Virus record (IMG/VR): IMGVR_UViG_3300015203_000005
Coordinates: 1 to 45,668 of that record
Reading direction: 5' to 3' (one strand)
From: a virus
DNA: 45,668 nucleotides
The notes beneath the pieces were generated by a model that was not told where the DNA came from, made no database searches, and was given only the letters and a program-made list of their open reading frames with translations. The position numbers and the translations under genes were made by a program. Positions within the stretch are counted from its first letter, which is position 1, and each line of letters starts with the position of its first letter. This document shows, piece after piece, positions 42,328 to 45,668 of this stretch.

Positions 42328-42546
42328 ATGGTTTTACTTTTAAATGAAATGGAACTGCCGATAATTATTGAAGGATGGCTGAACTTGTTGACTGGGGAGA
42401 ACCGGGCGCTGATGGAAGTGCGGATACAAATCTGCCAGCGATGCGAATATTTTGGCGTGCTTGGAAACTGTTCATTTGGTTGTAATTGTATAATGCGGGC
42501 GAAGGCGAGTGTGAAGCAGGCCAGGTGCCCGGCAAAGAAATGGTGA
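42328..42546 (+). CDS. Small Cys-rich (zinc-ribbon-like) protein upstream of the small terminase
   Basis: CQRC-x8-C-x3-CNC-x11-C. Stop overlaps the terS ATG. The start could instead be ATG 42349. Confidence 0.5.
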   Translation: MVLLLNEMELPIIIEGWLNLLTGENRALMEVRIQICQRCEYFGVLGNCSFGCNCIMRAKASVKQARCPAKKW

Positions 42547-43214
42547 AGCATAAAAATGGTAAGGCGGTGCAAGTTGCTCCTGTTGTTGAGGTAGACGAGG
42601 TGGAGCCGGATGCGTTTAAGAGTCTGAGCGATCAGGATAAGGAATTTTGTCGTGAGTACATATACGATTGGAACGGGCGCCGGGCGGCGCAAAAAATCTT
42701 TGGGTACAAAAATGAAATAACGGCGGCCAATAAAGCAGCGGACATACTTAGGCGGAAACGAATAAGGATGTACTGCGACTACTTGAATGAGAATACGGAA
42801 CAGGTCGTCGGGGTGTCTCGCGCCTGGGTATTGGAACAACATCTAAAGATAGTCCGTAGTTCAGTGGCCCACTTGCATGATACCTGGATAACGTTGCGGG
42901 ACTTTGAGCAGCTAACAGACGACCAGAAATATTGTATAGAGGAAATCGTGACACAGACTAGGCGCGAGGTGGCTGAAGGAATCAACCCAGACGAAGAAGT
43001 GCAGATCGATGTGGACTATGTCAAGATCAAACTATTCAATAAACAAAAATCCCTTGACGCCATTACGCGTATGATGGGTTATGATAAGGCGCAGCGGATT
43101 GACGTTACAAGCGGTGGAAAAGCAATAGAGCTAGGTGGTACAGTAAACGTGCAGATCAATATTTATAATAATGCGCCGCCATTGGCCTCAAGTGAAAAGG
43201 ATATACAAGCATGA
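42540..43214 (+). CDS. Terminase small subunit
   Basis: FCREYIYDWNGRRAAQKIFGY...AANKAADILRRKRI is typical of Terminase_2-type small subunits. Directly upstream of terL. Confidence 0.75.
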   Translation: MVKHKNGKAVQVAPVVEVDEVEPDAFKSLSDQDKEFCREYIYDWNGRRAAQKIFGYKNEITAANKAADILRRKRIRMYCDYLNENTEQVVGVSRAWVLEQHLKIVRSSVAHLHDTWITLRDFEQLTDDQKYCIEEIVTQTRREVAEGINPDEEVQIDVDYVKIKLFNKQKSLDAITRMMGYDKAQRIDVTSGGKAIELGGTVNVQINIYNNAPPLASSEKDIQA

Positions 43215-43348
43215 GTATATACGAACTTATAATTGCATTGGGCAGATTTCGGACGGCAGAGCGAAGACGATATTATCAAGAGCGCGCTGTATATAGGGCC
43301 GAAATTTTACTTGAGTGGAAAATTTACCCATACATACATCTTAACTAG
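43211..43348 (+). CDS. 45-aa hypothetical protein
   Basis: ATGA overlap with the terS stop. Hand translated. Confidence 0.3.
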   Translation: MSIYELIIALGRFRTAERRRYYQERAVYRAEILLEWKIYPYIHLN

Positions 43349-44589
43349 TGACAGCAGCTCCTATCGTTCGACTGGATGGTATATTTGATACCGGTCCTAT
43401 CTTTCAAGAGTTACAGACGCCTGCACTCGTCAAGGCCGACATCGTTATTTTACAAGGTGGAACTGATAGTGGAAAGACCTACACCACCATGCAGTATCTT
43501 TTCATAGTAGCGTGTACAACCAAACCTCCGGCGATTGATCCCATTATTTCCATAGTCAACAAGTCTATACCGGACAGTAAGAAGGGCGCGTATCGGATAG
43601 CCGAATCCATTTATCATTCTAATGAGTTTGTGAGCAGCCAGGTGGTTAACTGGAACCAGGGCGAGCGCGTCGTTACGTTTAAGAGTGGGTGGATAATGGA
43701 ATTTTTGGGCGCTACTGATGAACAGTCGGCAAAGCAAGGCAAGCGGCAATATCTTTTTGTTAATGAGGCCAATGGTATAAGTTACCCGGTGTTTTGGCAG
43801 TACGCAAAGCGTACACGTATTAAGACGATTATTGACTATAACCCGAGCGCGCCTTTTTGGGCACATGACAAGTTGATTGGAACCACGAAGGATGGAAATG
43901 ATTTGTATGCCAATGTCGAGACACGGATAAGCGACCATAGGCACAATCCATTCTTAGATGAGCGCGACCATGCTAAGACAGAAAACATAAAGGATAAGAA
44001 TCTATTTGACGTATATGCACGTGGGCGCACTGGTAACCTCATTGGTATTATTTATCCAGACTGGACGATGATTGCCGATAAGGATTTCCCGTGGACAGAG
44101 GAACGTTTAATCGGCGGCATTGATTTTGGTTATACAAATGACCCAACTGCGGCCGTGCTGATTGCTCGCATTGCGAATAGTATCTATGTGCATGAGTTGT
44201 GTTACCAACCCGCTATGACGCCGACGCAAATCTTCGCGCTGTATAAAAGCGTATTGGATACAAAAGAAAAACCAGACGCACACCGCAACTTTAATCTTTA
44301 TTGTGAGCATGATGGTGATATGATTCGTCAGCTCCGTACGTTGGGTATGCGGCGGGCGATCCCGGCGCGTAAAGGACCGAATAGTATCAATCCCGGGATC
44401 AGTAAGGTAAAGGAGTACAGGGTGTTTTATACGGCGTCATCGGCTAACATTGATATGGAACGCAAGCGGTATATGTGGCAGATTGACGAAGATACTGGTA
44501 AGCCGATAAACGTACCGAGTGAGGGCTTTGATCACTTGATGGATGCCGTGCGCTATGCTGTTTATACGCATTTTTACCGTAAAACGTAA
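43348..44589 (+). CDS. Terminase large subunit (PBSX/Terminase_3-like)
   Basis: VILQGGTDSGKTYT (Walker A), YLFVNEANG (Walker B), nuclease GIDFGYTNDPTA and FDHLMDAVRYAVY. GTG start. Confidence 0.9.
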   Translation: MTAAPIVRLDGIFDTGPIFQELQTPALVKADIVILQGGTDSGKTYTTMQYLFIVACTTKPPAIDPIISIVNKSIPDSKKGAYRIAESIYHSNEFVSSQVVNWNQGERVVTFKSGWIMEFLGATDEQSAKQGKRQYLFVNEANGISYPVFWQYAKRTRIKTIIDYNPSAPFWAHDKLIGTTKDGNDLYANVETRISDHRHNPFLDERDHAKTENIKDKNLFDVYARGRTGNLIGIIYPDWTMIADKDFPWTEERLIGGIDFGYTNDPTAAVLIARIANSIYVHELCYQPAMTPTQIFALYKSVLDTKEKPDAHRNFNLYCEHDGDMIRQLRTLGMRRAIPARKGPNSINPGISKVKEYRVFYTASSANIDMERKRYMWQIDEDTGKPINVPSEGFDHLMDAVRYAVYTHFYRKT

Positions 44590-44668
44590 GGTTATTGGGC
44601 GCTATTTTAAAATGTGCTAAATTGTTTTTAACTTTAGGGCCTGGAAGTTTCATGTAGGATTGGTTTAG

Positions 44669-44697
44669 AGAGCCAGATGGGCGTCTGGCTCTTTTTT
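44669..44697 (+). terminator. Strong rho-independent terminator between terL and the portal gene
   Basis: AGAGCCAGA-tgggcg-TCTGGCTCT (9 bp) followed by TTTTT. Confidence 0.75.
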
Positions 44698-44830
44698 AAA
44701 TAACGCAGGATGGCAAAGACAGGATTTAAAAAAGTGTTGGGCCGCCAGGACTACGTAGTGAACAAAAAGTAATCTATAATGGTCGTACTACGATAACGTA
44801 TACGTATTTAGATTTTACTGGACGTTAGGG

Positions 44831-44995
44831 ATGATGGAATTGTTCTACGTTGTATTTTTTGCGATGCTTACCGCCAGGTTAGCTGAGGTTGCCATCTTTG
44901 CTGCTATTAAAACTATTCGTGATCATTATTTTTATTATCAGAAATTGCGGCGCGATAAGCGTATGCAGGCTATGGATAAACGTGTTTCGTTATGA
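44831..44995 (+). CDS. 54-aa hydrophobic/basic protein
   Basis: MMELFYVVFFAMLTARLAEVAIFAAI... ATGA overlap with the portal start. Hand translated. Confidence 0.4.
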   Translation: MMELFYVVFFAMLTARLAEVAIFAAIKTIRDHYFYYQKLRRDKRMQAMDKRVSL

Positions 44996-45668
44996 ATGAA
45001 TTTGGGCCAAGTAGTTTCTGGAATAATATGTTCGGAACTATTGGTCAGAGTTCTGGGCTAGGTCGGCTTCCTGCCGATATAGGTTTTATACCTACCGATA
45101 ATAAAGGTACGACAATTCAACTCAAGGGTGAGACGGCGGTATGGTTGGGACTCAATGTTCCAATTCAGCAGAAGTATGCGTATGACTATTGTTTTCCACT
45201 TGCGTCTGTTATTGATCGGTTAGCTGAAAGTGATATTACTGGGCATGTCGAAATACTGCGTGCTACTGGCAAGGGCAAAGAAAATTTTGCAACAAACGAA
45301 TGGGCAATGCTGATGACGAAGCGGTTGCTGCAACCAAATCCACTTCAAACATGGGAGCAATTTCGTGGGCAGCAGGTGGTATATAAAAAAGTATACGGGT
45401 TTTGTCCGGTATTTCCGGTTATACCGGCAGGTTTCGGACCAGAGTTTTGTAGCAGTATGGTAAACCTACCACCCTGGTTGTTTGATGCTGAGCCGACAAA
45501 TGATTGGTTATACAAGACAAAAATAGAGGAGATAGTCAAGCGCTACCGCGTCTCAATACTTGGTAAGATTTTTTACCTAGAGCCGCAGGAAGTATTTATT
45601 CTCGAAGATAGCTTTGTACCTAATTTCCAGCGCAATTTTTTATTGCCTCAGTCGCGCCTTGTTGGATT
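44992..45668 (+). CDS. Portal protein, N-terminal part (continues at base 100 of the window through the circular junction)
   Basis: ATG 44992 is open to the window end. The frame is continuous with ORF 74..874 once the 99-bp overlap is collapsed. Confidence 0.8.
   Translation, partial: MNEFGPSSFWNNMFGTIGQSSGLGRLPADIGFIPTDNKGTTIQLKGETAVWLGLNVPIQQKYAYDYCFPLASVIDRLAESDITGHVEILRATGKGKENFATNEWAMLMTKRLLQPNPLQTWEQFRGQQVVYKKVYGFCPVFPVIPAGFGPEFCSSMVNLPPWLFDAEPTNDWLYKTKIEEIVKRYRVSILGKIFYLEPQEVFILEDSFVPNFQRNFLLPQSRLVG
45570..45668. repeat. Terminal overlap identical to 1-99
   Basis: See the first feature. Confidence 0.95.

Noticed and set aside
41982-42842. Minus-strand ORFs 41982..42275 and 42306..42842
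   Set aside because: They run through the iteron array and antisense to the Cys-rich and terS genes. Their composition is implausible and they break the strand polarity of the module.
1-45668. Lysogeny module (integrase, CI-like repressor, attP next to the tRNA-like elements)
   Set aside because: No tyrosine or serine recombinase motifs are seen in any ORF. The tRNA-like elements are full-length minihelices inside an operon, not 3' tRNA fragments beside an integrase. The ParB-like protein has no ParA partner.

Overview
The window is a complete, circularly closed tailed dsDNA phage genome. Bases 1-99 are identical to 45570-45668, so the unique length is about 45,569 bp, and the portal gene runs across this junction.

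Layout:
- 41984-42327: repeat-rich non-coding region.
- 42328-24828 (+ strand, wrapping through the junction): small and large terminase, portal, HK97-type prohead protease, HK97-fold major capsid protein, head-tail and tail-tube candidates, a tail-chaperone pair with a possible +1 frameshift, a 928-aa tape measure, tail-tip proteins, a 1468-aa fibre, a group of secreted-looking accessory proteins, a stand-alone CheY-like receiver domain, and a lysis cassette with an M15 endolysin. There is no sheath gene, so it looks siphovirus-like.
- 24841-24885: bidirectional terminator.
- 25252-35266 (- strand): leftward early module of many small ORFs, a MerR-like HTH, a Pif1/RecD-like helicase, an ERCC4 nuclease, a PD-(D/E)XK exonuclease and an SSB-like protein.
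- 35433-41985 (+ strand): family A DNA polymerase, ParB-like protein, Dam methylase, primase-helicase and a nuclease.

I found no integrase or repressor. Five proteins begin MKK + hydrophobic core + A/G-Q, which points to a Bacteroidota host.

Most unusual observations:
1. Three tRNA-like elements in the early operon have textbook acceptor and T arms, but I could not fold a canonical anticodon arm for any of them. One ends a 393-nt ORF-free segment.
2. A second ORF-free structured segment of about 500 nt (32682-33178).
3. An array of TTACTTACCGA-type iterons plus a 22-bp palindrome between the replication and packaging modules.
4. A 48-aa ORF that copies the N-arm motif of the capsid protein.
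5. Sec-type signal peptides on proteins in the virion module.
6. An exact 13-mer leader abutting three start codons.

All functional calls come from motif recognition by eye. No searches or folding programs were run.
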